Source of the DNA: an uncultured SAR86 cluster bacterium | GTDB lineage: Bacteria > Pseudomonadota > Gammaproteobacteria > Magnimaribacterales > AG-339-G14 | Direction: 5' to 3' | NCBI GenBank assembly: GCA_902596665.1 | Contig: CACJUN010000001.1 | Coordinates: 131,680 to 195,679, forward strand | DNA: 64,000 nt | In this document: in pieces, positions 49,953-58,565 of the stretch | Layout: every line of letters begins with the position of its first letter | How positions within the stretch are numbered: position 1 is the stretch's first letter | Notes under the pieces: model-generated | What the model saw: only the letters and a program-made list of their open reading frames with translations | What the model was told of the DNA's origin: nothing | Database searches by the model: none | Program-made: the position numbers and the translations under genes

Positions 49953-50088
49953 CGTTCATTTAGTATTTTTCATTAAATTTACTAAACGGAAGTAGGGAGA
50001 TAGGAAAACCTCTTTCTTTGATCTAAAAGAAAGGTAAGCAAGTACCAAGAAATTGGGAACGAGACCGAATATCTACCGAAGGAACGCG
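49953..50088 (+). ncRNA. glutamine riboswitch, glnA-motif type, with enlarged P3
   Basis: CGUUCA-[P2 UUUAGUA/UACUAAA]-CGGAAGUAGG-[P3]-CCGAAGGAACGCG; P1 = CGUUC/GAACG. Matches the glnA RNA core as recalled. Confidence 0.85.
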
Positions 50089-50148
50089 TTGATAAGGGTG
50101 TATACCGATTGGTATATGTACGTTTGAAACGAAAACTGGAGGAACGAT

Positions 50149-50310
50149 ATGACTACTTACTATAGAGGCGTTGAAGTTTCTGGTGAAGTTAAGTCTAAGT
50201 CTAACAAGGCTACTGATTTAAACTACAGAGGAACTAAGCACGACGCAAACGTTGTCAAAAAGTCGTCTAAAACACCTGGTATTTACCGTGGTGTTGAGAC
50301 TGCTGCATAA
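50149..50310 (+). CDS. 53-aa peptide with three YRG repeats (DUF4278-like); not in the ORF track
   Basis: SD GGAGGA (50138-43); MTTYYRGVEVSGEVKSKSNKATDLNYRGTKHDANVVKKSSKTPGIYRGVETAA*; optimal-type codons; own terminator. Confidence 0.88.
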   Translation: MTTYYRGVEVSGEVKSKSNKATDLNYRGTKHDANVVKKSSKTPGIYRGVETAA

Positions 50311-50326
50311 CATAAGGTTATGAATT

Positions 50327-50356
50327 AAAGGGAGGTTTTTTGACCTCCCTTTTTTT
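50327..50356 (+). terminator. intrinsic terminator
   Basis: AAAGGGAGGT-TTTTTG-ACCTCCCTTT plus T-tract. Confidence 0.9.
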
Positions 50357-50386
50357 ATTTAAACATTATCAGGTAGAATCTTTCGA

Positions 50387-51286
50387 ATGGCACATTTAAA
50401 GCACTTATCATCGGATACGTCAGCGGATAACATAATTGAGGTTTTGCATGACGATGCAGGTGTTATTATCGACAACGTTCTTGATTCAGAGTTTTTGGAA
50501 GCTTTAAATAATGAGTTGGACCCTTTTTTGTCACATGATAACTTTGGCCGAGATGAATTTACGGGATTTAAGACAAAAAGAATCGGCGCACTGATTGCTA
50601 GATCTGAAAAATGCAGAGAATTAGCTTTAGACCCCCTTATAAATGAATCAGCAAAGAATTTTCTTCAGCCTTATTGTGATGGTTTGCAATTGCATTTTAC
50701 TTCGGCTGTAAGCATCGGACCTGGTGAGTCTCCTCAAATTCTCCACAGAGATAGAGGCATTTGGGGCGGGTATCTTCCAAGAAAAGTTGAACCCTTGTTC
50801 AGTACCATTTGGGCTGCATCTAAATTTACTAAAGAAAACGGGGCCACTCAGATTGTACCCGGTTCTCATAAATGGGATAAAGACCGACTTCCTAATTCAG
50901 ATGAAATAGCATACGCTGAAATGGAAGCTGGTTCGGTGCTCATTTATACAGGCACGGTCTTGCACGGCGGCGGCGAGAATATCACGTCAGATGAAATTAG
51001 AACAGGTGTTTTCCTTCATTACGCTGTGAACTGGATAAGACAAGAAGAAAATCAATACTTGTCCTGTCCACCAGAAATAGCTAAAGGTCTTAGTCCTGAG
51101 CTTAGGTCGCTTATAGGCTATTCAAAAGGTGGGTATGTCCTCGGATTTTACTCAGATCCTTATGACGATAGTGCAAAATATGAATCGGTTTCACCAGAGA
51201 ATATGTTCAGTGATTCATTTGACAGATTTTCTGACATTCCTGACCCAAAAGATTTGGTTAATAAATCTATAAAATCAAACCAATAA
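50387..51286 (+). CDS. phytanoyl-CoA dioxygenase family Fe/2OG oxygenase
   Basis: QILHRD (HxD), FTKENGATQIVPGSH.W, LHGGG.N, RQEENQYL. Confidence 0.88.
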   Translation: MAHLKHLSSDTSADNIIEVLHDDAGVIIDNVLDSEFLEALNNELDPFLSHDNFGRDEFTGFKTKRIGALIARSEKCRELALDPLINESAKNFLQPYCDGLQLHFTSAVSIGPGESPQILHRDRGIWGGYLPRKVEPLFSTIWAASKFTKENGATQIVPGSHKWDKDRLPNSDEIAYAEMEAGSVLIYTGTVLHGGGENITSDEIRTGVFLHYAVNWIRQEENQYLSCPPEIAKGLSPELRSLIGYSKGGYVLGFYSDPYDDSAKYESVSPENMFSDSFDRFSDIPDPKDLVNKSIKSNQ

Positions 51287-51305
51287 TTTAATTTTAACTA
51301 TACAA

Positions 51306-53909
51306 GTGAAATTCTTATTTTACTCTTTGCTATTTTTTTCAGTCTTTTTGTCTGCTGAAGAGGAAATAGTTGTTACTGGTTCATATATAAAAAATACCGA
51401 CAATGAATTAAGTCCAATAGAAACCTTCTCTAGAGACGATTATCTCAAATTTAACACGATGTCTTTGTCTGAAATTTCTAGATATGTTCCTTCTATTTCT
51501 GGATCGCATTTTCAAACTAATTCAATGGATGGAGAAGATCAAGGAATGTCAGCAATCACATTAAGAGGCCTTGATCACGCTTCAACCCTGTTAATGATCA
51601 ATACAAAAAGACAAACTTTCGCAGGAACACCATCTCAAGAAGGAGAAGGATATATTGATGCAAACGTCATTCCTGAGATTGCAATAAAATCCATTGAAAT
51701 CCTCAAAGAAGGGGCTACATCTATTTATGGATCAGATGCTGTTGCTGGAGTGGTAAATGTTTTTACTCAAAAAGATTTTGAAGGGTTCTTGCTCAGATCG
51801 GATCATCAGATCACTGAGTCTCATAAACAAAACGATAATAAAGTAGGTTTTTTGTATGGGTTCAAAAACGATAAAAACAAACTTGTCTTTGGATTAGAAA
51901 GTTTTTATAGGTCTCCGTTATCTGCAAGACAAATCGATGGAATCGCCGACTTATCAATCAGTACATTTGGAAAGACTTTTATTACAACTGAAAAGGAAGA
52001 GATTTCATCTGGACCTTATCAAGGCATCTACGAAAAAGGAGAAAAAATCCCTGATCCTAATTGCGAGAATAATGGTGGAATCTTGCTTGGAGGATTTTGT
52101 AAATTTGCTTACGGAGAAAGATTTAACATCATAAATAAAGAAAGACATAATAAAGCTTATTTCAATTTAAATACTTCTATTGAAGATTCTTATCTCATTT
52201 CTAACGACCTCAATATTATCTATGCAAAAGTAAATGTTCTAGATAACCCCCAGTCTCCTTCCTATCCAGCACTTCCTTTTCTAACAAGGAATATTTTTCC
52301 TGATGAAGGAGGTAGTCCTTTTAAAAATGAAATTAAATGGCGAGGAAGACCTCTTGGTTCAAATTATCCTTCACCTTTTTCAACAAAAGATATTTATCAG
52401 TACCATGTGACTGATTCTATGAAATTTTCCTTTTTTGATAATGACTTTTTAGACATATCAATTACTCATAGCGCTCATAGTAATCTTGCTGTAAGACCAG
52501 ACATAATTAATTCAAGATTTCTAGAAGCTCTTGCTGGCAGAGGGGGAGAGAAAAAAAATCTGTCTTGGAATTTGTTCAGCGATACTAACGAGGATGAGTT
52601 AGTTCAATACGTCAGTGGGAACCTTGTAGCAAAAAAGAAAGGATCCTTGAGTTCAATTGATGGAATATATTTAACAAATTTAAATGATTTTGATTTTTCT
52701 GCTGGATTCCAGATAGCAAGGGATTCTTTAGATATCAAATACAATGATTTAGGAAGAATAGAAGTTGATAAAGAGGGACAAATTACAAAACAAGCAGACC
52801 TTTTTTTTCTGGGGGGTGGAACAGATGTTAATAAATCAAGATCAAAGGCTGCTTTATTTGGAGAACTCAATAAGTCTATTTCGCAAACTTTAGATATAAG
52901 AGCAGCCTTGAGATATGAGGATTTTAAGAATGAAAATTCATTGGATCCGAAAATATCATTGGGGTTTCAACCTAATGATATTTTTTCTTTAAGGTTCTCT
53001 ACAGGCACTTCTTTCACTATGCCTTCAATGTCTCAAATGTTTGGATCAGATATAGTTCTGGGTAGTGTAAGGGATGTTAATGGCAGTGTTTTTGTTAGGC
53101 AGGGTCAAACAGGAAATCCTAGATTAAAACCTGCTAAATCTATTAATTCCAACCTTGGTTTTATCTTTTATCCTAGAGAAGAGTATTCATTAAGCTTTGA
53201 TTTTTTTGAAATTAACTATAAAGATCGAATTGAAGCTGAAAGTGCTCAAGCTATAGTTTTAAATAATCCAAATAGTTCAAAAATCACTAGGAACTCTTCA
53301 GGAGAAATTATTGGCGTCATCGCTTCTTATGTGAACGAAGAAAAATCAATTATCTCTGGAATGGACTTTGAATTTAACTCTTTATTTGACTTGTATGATT
53401 TTGGTTCTTTAAATTTGAAAATAACATCCACAACGCTCTTTTCTTTTTTAACTCCTGAGCATCATGAACATAATGATGATACAGAAGATCACGATCATCA
53501 CAGAGATGACGAAAAATTAATTAATAGAGTAGGTAAATTTAATTACGATGCCCACATACACTCGCTTCCTAAAAATAAAATTAATTTCTTTCTTGATTGG
53601 GAATATAGCGAATTTTTACTTAGTTGGACTTCGAGATACTTATCTGGATATACGAATGAAAGACAGCTAAGTGATTACGCGATATCCTTGGGTTATACAA
53701 ATAAAGTAAGTTCTTTTCTAATTCATGACTTATCAATCACGAGACCAATAAACTTAAAGGATGGAACTATAGACTTAAAGTTTGGAATTATAAATTTGAC
53801 AAACGAGCCTGCACCAAAATTATTTGACGCTCCTGATTTTAGTTTTGATACCAGGCTTCATGATCCTACAGGAAGAACTTTTACTTTTTCTATTCAGTAT
53901 CAGCTGTAG
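51306..53909 (+). CDS. TonB-dependent outer-membrane receptor
   Basis: EEIVVTGS, LRGL, IEILKEGATSIYGSDAVAGVVN, RYEDF, LKPAKS, GRTFTFSIQYQL. Confidence 0.92.
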   Translation: MKFLFYSLLFFSVFLSAEEEIVVTGSYIKNTDNELSPIETFSRDDYLKFNTMSLSEISRYVPSISGSHFQTNSMDGEDQGMSAITLRGLDHASTLLMINTKRQTFAGTPSQEGEGYIDANVIPEIAIKSIEILKEGATSIYGSDAVAGVVNVFTQKDFEGFLLRSDHQITESHKQNDNKVGFLYGFKNDKNKLVFGLESFYRSPLSARQIDGIADLSISTFGKTFITTEKEEISSGPYQGIYEKGEKIPDPNCENNGGILLGGFCKFAYGERFNIINKERHNKAYFNLNTSIEDSYLISNDLNIIYAKVNVLDNPQSPSYPALPFLTRNIFPDEGGSPFKNEIKWRGRPLGSNYPSPFSTKDIYQYHVTDSMKFSFFDNDFLDISITHSAHSNLAVRPDIINSRFLEALAGRGGEKKNLSWNLFSDTNEDELVQYVSGNLVAKKKGSLSSIDGIYLTNLNDFDFSAGFQIARDSLDIKYNDLGRIEVDKEGQITKQADLFFLGGGTDVNKSRSKAALFGELNKSISQTLDIRAALRYEDFKNENSLDPKISLGFQPNDIFSLRFSTGTSFTMPSMSQMFGSDIVLGSVRDVNGSVFVRQGQTGNPRLKPAKSINSNLGFIFYPREEYSLSFDFFEINYKDRIEAESAQAIVLNNPNSSKITRNSSGEIIGVIASYVNEEKSIISGMDFEFNSLFDLYDFGSLNLKITSTTLFSFLTPEHHEHNDDTEDHDHHRDDEKLINRVGKFNYDAHIHSLPKNKINFFLDWEYSEFLLSWTSRYLSGYTNERQLSDYAISLGYTNKVSSFLIHDLSITRPINLKDGTIDLKFGIINLTNEPAPKLFDAPDFSFDTRLHDPTGRTFTFSIQYQL

Positions 53910-54318
53910 CTTCTTTAACAACTGGCTTACTGTTTGCTGCACTTCTCATCAGCAGGGCGGTACCTAAAATCCAAACGGATAAAACGACCTCTACAAATAA
54001 TTGAGTTTGAACTTCGCCTCCTAAGTACATTACGTGATAAATATTAAAACCTAAGGCAAACAGGTAAATTAATCCAGCAGCTAAGAGCCAAGATGATCTA
54101 AAAGTAAAGAATGCAAAAAGACAAAATAGAGAGGATGCAGCAAAAAAAGCTGTAAAGTCTCTAAAAAGTGAATTTTGTCCATGATTCGACATGGCTTCAT
54201 AATCAATTCCAAATCCCAAAGCAGTGGTTGCCGGATCTGTAAACCATTGGTAACTAACCAAGCCAAGCAAAATGCATGGGATTAGAGACATCAGGCGAAT
54301 AACAAATTTATTTCTCAT
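53890..54318 (-). CDS. four-TM membrane protein (DUF4345-like)
   Basis: Four hydrophobic segments; family assignment tentative. Confidence 0.6.
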   Translation of the reverse strand: MRNKFVIRLMSLIPCILLGLVSYQWFTDPATTALGFGIDYEAMSNHGQNSLFRDFTAFFAASSLFCLFAFFTFRSSWLLAAGLIYLFALGFNIYHVMYLGGEVQTQLFVEVVLSVWILGTALLMRSAANSKPVVKEATADTE

Positions 54319-54761
54319 GCAAACATTTTATATCTTAATTTATAGAAAATTCCACCAGATAGCCCCCCAGCCATAACATGGAGAAACGTACCGATGCTAG
54401 TTCTATTTCCAGCAATTACCTCCGTCTCATAGAGCAGCTCAACAGTTCCGATCAAGACAAGCCACATAGTAAGAGCTGAAATAATAAAGTATCGAGCAAA
54501 ATCAGATATAGCAGATAATCTTGAAGTATATCTAGAGATGATCAGACTAAGACCTACTGGAATCATTAGAATTAAAAATAAAATAGCTCCTAAATTAATG
54601 AAATCTGAAAGTAAGACTTCAAAAACTATTTTTGTACCTATGGGCATATTCATGGAATTTAACCAAATAAGGTTTGAGAAGGAAGTAATCGGAACAATGA
54701 GCAAAGTCAGTATTAACGTTGCCAACAGATATAAGGAAAAATTTTTAAATAAGATTTTCAC
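54315..54761 (-). CDS. uncharacterised membrane protein
   Basis: Hydrophobic ORF with IAGNRT..G motif; overlaps the next gene by 4 nt. Confidence 0.7.
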   Translation of the reverse strand: MKILFKNFSLYLLATLILTLLIVPITSFSNLIWLNSMNMPIGTKIVFEVLLSDFINLGAILFLILMIPVGLSLIISRYTSRLSAISDFARYFIISALTMWLVLIGTVELLYETEVIAGNRTSIGTFLHVMAGGLSGGIFYKLRYKMFA

Positions 54762-54811
54762 TGTTCAGAACTTTTCTGTGAGAAAATCGCATTCTATTAT
54801 CAATCCGCATT

Positions 54812-56371
54812 ATGCTCAAAAATTTTATTTTTTTAATTTTTCTTTCATCTAGTTTTGGAATTTATTCTCAGCAATTAGATTACTCCTCAAATACATTATT
54901 GGATGGTTTAAATCAGCCCTGGGGCATGGATTTGATTTCTGAAAATAAGATATTAATTACAGAGAAAGTTGGAAATCTTAAACTTTTGAACTTATCTTCT
55001 GGAGAGGTGCAGAATATTAAAGGCCTTCCTAAGATTCACTTTAGAAATCAAGGAGGATTGTCTGAAATTAAAGTCAGTCCAAACTTCAAAGAAGATAAAA
55101 CAATTTATTTCTCTTACACAAGTTTGAACCTTTCAGATGGGACCAATACCTTGGCTGTATCTTCAGCTTCTTTAAATGGAGAAAATCTAGAAAACGTTAA
55201 CGAAATTTTTAGAGCAAAGGCAAATAGGAGAACTGGCGCTCATTATGGAGCAAAAATACTTTTTCTTAGAGACGGCACTTTACTAATTTCAAGCGGAGAT
55301 GGCTTTGATCACAGAGAGAAAGCTCAATTTCTTGATAACCACTTTGGAAAATTAATTAGAATCAATAAAGATGGGTCTGTGCCAGATGATAATCCTTTCG
55401 TTAATGTTGATGGATCCCTCGAAGATATCTTTTCTTACGGTCATAGAAATCCTCAAGGATTAATCCAACTTAACAATGGAACAATCATTGAACATGAGCA
55501 TGGGCCTTTTGGTGGTGACGAGATAAATATTATTCGACCAGGTAAAAATTACGGTTGGCCTGCCATTACCTACGGGCGTGACTATTCTGGGGCAATCATA
55601 TCTCCTTTTACAGAAATGGATGGCATGGAGCAGCCAGTTAAATATTGGGTACCGTCGATTGCACCCTCTGGAATGATTTATTACACAGGTGATGCTTTTC
55701 CTGAATGGAAAAATTCTTTAATGATTTCATCTTTAAAAGCTAAGAAAGTTTCCAAAATTTCGTTCAATAATAGAATGAGCTCATCTGAAGATAATTTATT
55801 TCAAGAGTTAAATCATAGGTTTAGAAACATTCTTCAGCATCCCAATGGAAATATATTCCTATTATCTGATGGACCGAGAGGTAAGTTAATTGAAATTAGT
55901 CCATTAAAGAATCTAGAAATTGTTACACCTGATGGAATAACTGCCTTCTTTTTAAGAAATCCCGAATCCCTTCAAGTTCCTGCAAAACCTTATGATATTT
56001 CTGCAGATGCAGATGTTTTGTTAAAGAATGCATTAGATTCTTTAGATAAAAATAAAAAATTATTGTTAATTCTTGGAGGTAATTGGTGCCCGGATTGCAG
56101 AGTTCTTGCCGGCATGCTGAAAAGTCAAAATGTAAATGAAGTAATTGAAAAAAACTACGTTGTCCAGCACATTGATGTAGGAAGGTTTGATAAAAACCTA
56201 CACATACCAAAAAAATTTGGAATTGAAAATTTATATGGAGTTCCAACTGTTTTAGTCATTGATCAAGATGAAGATGTTCTTAATTCACCTTTTATTGAGG
56301 ATTGGACAACTGCTAGAACAAAAAAACCGGAAGATTTAACCGATTATCTTTCTAAATGGATAGAAGGATAA
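54812..56371 (+). CDS. PQQ-dependent sugar dehydrogenase (YliI/GSDH) fused to a C-terminal thioredoxin-like domain
   Basis: LNQPWGM, HYGAKI, SYGHRNPQG, EHGPFGGDEIN, NYGWP, SIAPSG; then GGNWCPDC...GVPT. Confidence 0.88.
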   Translation: MLKNFIFLIFLSSSFGIYSQQLDYSSNTLLDGLNQPWGMDLISENKILITEKVGNLKLLNLSSGEVQNIKGLPKIHFRNQGGLSEIKVSPNFKEDKTIYFSYTSLNLSDGTNTLAVSSASLNGENLENVNEIFRAKANRRTGAHYGAKILFLRDGTLLISSGDGFDHREKAQFLDNHFGKLIRINKDGSVPDDNPFVNVDGSLEDIFSYGHRNPQGLIQLNNGTIIEHEHGPFGGDEINIIRPGKNYGWPAITYGRDYSGAIISPFTEMDGMEQPVKYWVPSIAPSGMIYYTGDAFPEWKNSLMISSLKAKKVSKISFNNRMSSSEDNLFQELNHRFRNILQHPNGNIFLLSDGPRGKLIEISPLKNLEIVTPDGITAFFLRNPESLQVPAKPYDISADADVLLKNALDSLDKNKKLLLILGGNWCPDCRVLAGMLKSQNVNEVIEKNYVVQHIDVGRFDKNLHIPKKFGIENLYGVPTVLVIDQDEDVLNSPFIEDWTTARTKKPEDLTDYLSKWIEG

Positions 56372-56374
56372 AAT

Positions 56375-57742
56375 TTGAATTCTTTAGATAAAAGTGAAAA
56401 TGAAGAACTGGTAGATTCTCCATCCAGTCCAGAAACTTTATCAGTCTGGGGTCTTGCTTGGCCATCAATTTTAAATAACATCTTATTTGCTTTTGTAAGT
56501 ATTGTTGCCCTAAAAGCTGTTGGTTCTTTAGGAACAGAAGCTATGGCTGCTGTAGGAACAGGCCAAAGGATATTCTTTTTTTTACAGGCAGTTCTCATGG
56601 CAACGGCTACAGGCACGCATGCTTTAGTAGCAAGAGCAATTGGAGGAAATAAACCAATCGAGGCAGCCGAAGTAACTTTGTTATCGACCATAGTTGCCAT
56701 AATCTTTGGAGTTACTTCCACTTTAATATTTTTTATTGCTGGAGATGAAATTATTGGAGCCTTTGGGCTTGATGAGCTCAGTCAGAAATTGGCGGTGGAA
56801 TATTTACAGATATCTCTATCTTTTGTCCCTGGTTTGGCAATCTTATTTATTGTCGGTGCAGCGTTAAGAGCAGCTGGGGATGTAATCACTCCATTGATAA
56901 TAAATCTAATCGTTAATGTAATTAATGTTTTTCTTCTAATTGCTTTAGTCAACGGTCAGTTTGGATTTGAGGCGATGGGTGTAGTAGGGGCGGCATATGC
57001 TTGGGGTATTTCATTTTCTATTGGGGCAGTTCTTGCTTTATGCATATGGTTTAGTAATCGATTTATTATTCCGATGCCAACGCTAAAATTTTATACATTT
57101 TCAAGATTAAAAAATCTCATAGAAATTTCCGTTCCTGCAGGAATAGAATCCGTTGTCTTCAATTTTGGCCTCTTGGCCTATTTTTGGATTATTTCGGTCT
57201 ATGGAAACGAGCCCATTGCAGCATATAACGTAGCTATCAATATACTAATGATTAGCTTTATGATTGGTCATGGCTTCTCGATTGCAGGCGCTACATTAAC
57301 TGGACAATATTTAGGGGCTGAAAATCCCAAGGAAGCTAGAAGAAGCGGTTGGAAATCTGCCAGATTGACCGTGTTTTCCATGACTATTGTCGGATTAGTA
57401 ATAGCAATATTTTCCAGACCCGTTTCAGGATTTTTTATAGATGATTCTGAAGTAATAAGGTTAACAGTGGTATTTTTGTGGATTTTTGCTCTGTTACAAC
57501 CGCTTATGGGCATAGAATTTTCTCTGGGTGGAGCTCTCAGAGGCGCAGGAGATACAAAATCACCCTTAATTATTACTATGATAGGTCTGATTTTCTTTAG
57601 ATTGGTCCTTGCTTCGATATTTCTTTTATTAAAAATGCCTGTTGAGATAGTTTTTTCAGCCTTAATCGCTGATTATTTAGCTAAAGGTATCTTATTTACA
57701 ATGCGTTTCAAATCTGGCAGGTGGGTAAAAGCATTAAACTAG
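56375..57742 (+). CDS. MATE family efflux transporter
   Basis: About 12 TM; LRAAGDVITP and LRGAGDTKSP repeats. Confidence 0.9.
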   Translation: MNSLDKSENEELVDSPSSPETLSVWGLAWPSILNNILFAFVSIVALKAVGSLGTEAMAAVGTGQRIFFFLQAVLMATATGTHALVARAIGGNKPIEAAEVTLLSTIVAIIFGVTSTLIFFIAGDEIIGAFGLDELSQKLAVEYLQISLSFVPGLAILFIVGAALRAAGDVITPLIINLIVNVINVFLLIALVNGQFGFEAMGVVGAAYAWGISFSIGAVLALCIWFSNRFIIPMPTLKFYTFSRLKNLIEISVPAGIESVVFNFGLLAYFWIISVYGNEPIAAYNVAINILMISFMIGHGFSIAGATLTGQYLGAENPKEARRSGWKSARLTVFSMTIVGLVIAIFSRPVSGFFIDDSEVIRLTVVFLWIFALLQPLMGIEFSLGGALRGAGDTKSPLIITMIGLIFFRLVLASIFLLLKMPVEIVFSALIADYLAKGILFTMRFKSGRWVKALN

Positions 57743-57822
57743 CTTTTTAATCATTATTTTGGCAGAATGCAAACTGTTATATTTTGTATATAAAATTTTA
57801 AACTTATTTAAATAGGTGAATT

Positions 57823-58521
57823 ATGGGAGAAATATTAGCTGTTGACGATTACGTTGGTATATCGTTTTGGTTAGCTACCGCTATCATGTTAGCTGCAACT
57901 GTTTTCTTTTTTGTTGAAAGATCAGATGTTCCGGCTAAATGGAAAACATCTCTTACTGTCGCTGGTTTAGTGACTGGTATTGCCTTTTGGCACTACTTAT
58001 ACATGAGAGGTGTTTGGATTTATGCAGGTGAAACTCCGACTGTATTCAGATACATCGACTGGTTGATCACTGTACCTCTTCAAATTGTTGAGTTTTATTT
58101 AATTATTGCTGCTGTTACAGCAGTTAGCTCAGCCGTATTCTGGAAACTTCTAATTGCATCACTTGTGATGTTAATTGGTGGTTTCATTGGAGAAGCAGGT
58201 CTTGGTGATGTAGTCGTATGGTGGATCGTTGGAATGATCGCTTGGCTTTACATCATTTATGAAATCTTCATGGGTGAAACTGCAAAAGCAAACGCTGGCA
58301 GTGGACACCTTGCAAGTCAACAAGCATTCAACACAATCAAATGGATTGTGACTATTGGTTGGGCAATTTACCCAATTGGATACGCTTGGGGTTACTTCGG
58401 AGATGGTTTAAATGAAGATGCTCTAAACATTGTTTATAACCTTGCAGATTTAATTAATAAAGCTGCGTTCGGTTTAGCAATTTGGGCAGCTGCTAAAAAA
58501 GCGTCCGGTCACGTAACGTAA
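57823..58521 (+). CDS. proteorhodopsin, DTE proton pump, Gln105 (blue-tuned)
   Basis: WHYLYM (His75), RYIDWLITVPLQIVEF (D97/T101/Q105/E108), DLINKAAFG (retinal Lys). Confidence 0.97.
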   Translation: MGEILAVDDYVGISFWLATAIMLAATVFFFVERSDVPAKWKTSLTVAGLVTGIAFWHYLYMRGVWIYAGETPTVFRYIDWLITVPLQIVEFYLIIAAVTAVSSAVFWKLLIASLVMLIGGFIGEAGLGDVVVWWIVGMIAWLYIIYEIFMGETAKANAGSGHLASQQAFNTIKWIVTIGWAIYPIGYAWGYFGDGLNEDALNIVYNLADLINKAAFGLAIWAAAKKASGHVT

Positions 58522-58533
58522 CCAACTGCACAT

Positions 58534-58565
58534 AAAAAAACCCCAGTATTTACTGGGGTTTTTTT
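58534..58565. terminator. bidirectional intrinsic terminator
   Basis: AAAAAAACCCCAGTA-TT-TACTGGGGTTTTTTT between convergent genes. Confidence 0.9.

Noticed and set aside
49953-50088. Alternative identities for the RNA (hammerhead, Downstream-peptide/glutamine-II, SRP, 6S)
   Set aside because: No CUGAUGA core, no Downstream-peptide-type pseudoknot recognised, and no SRP or 6S features; the loop-E-containing glnA core fits best.
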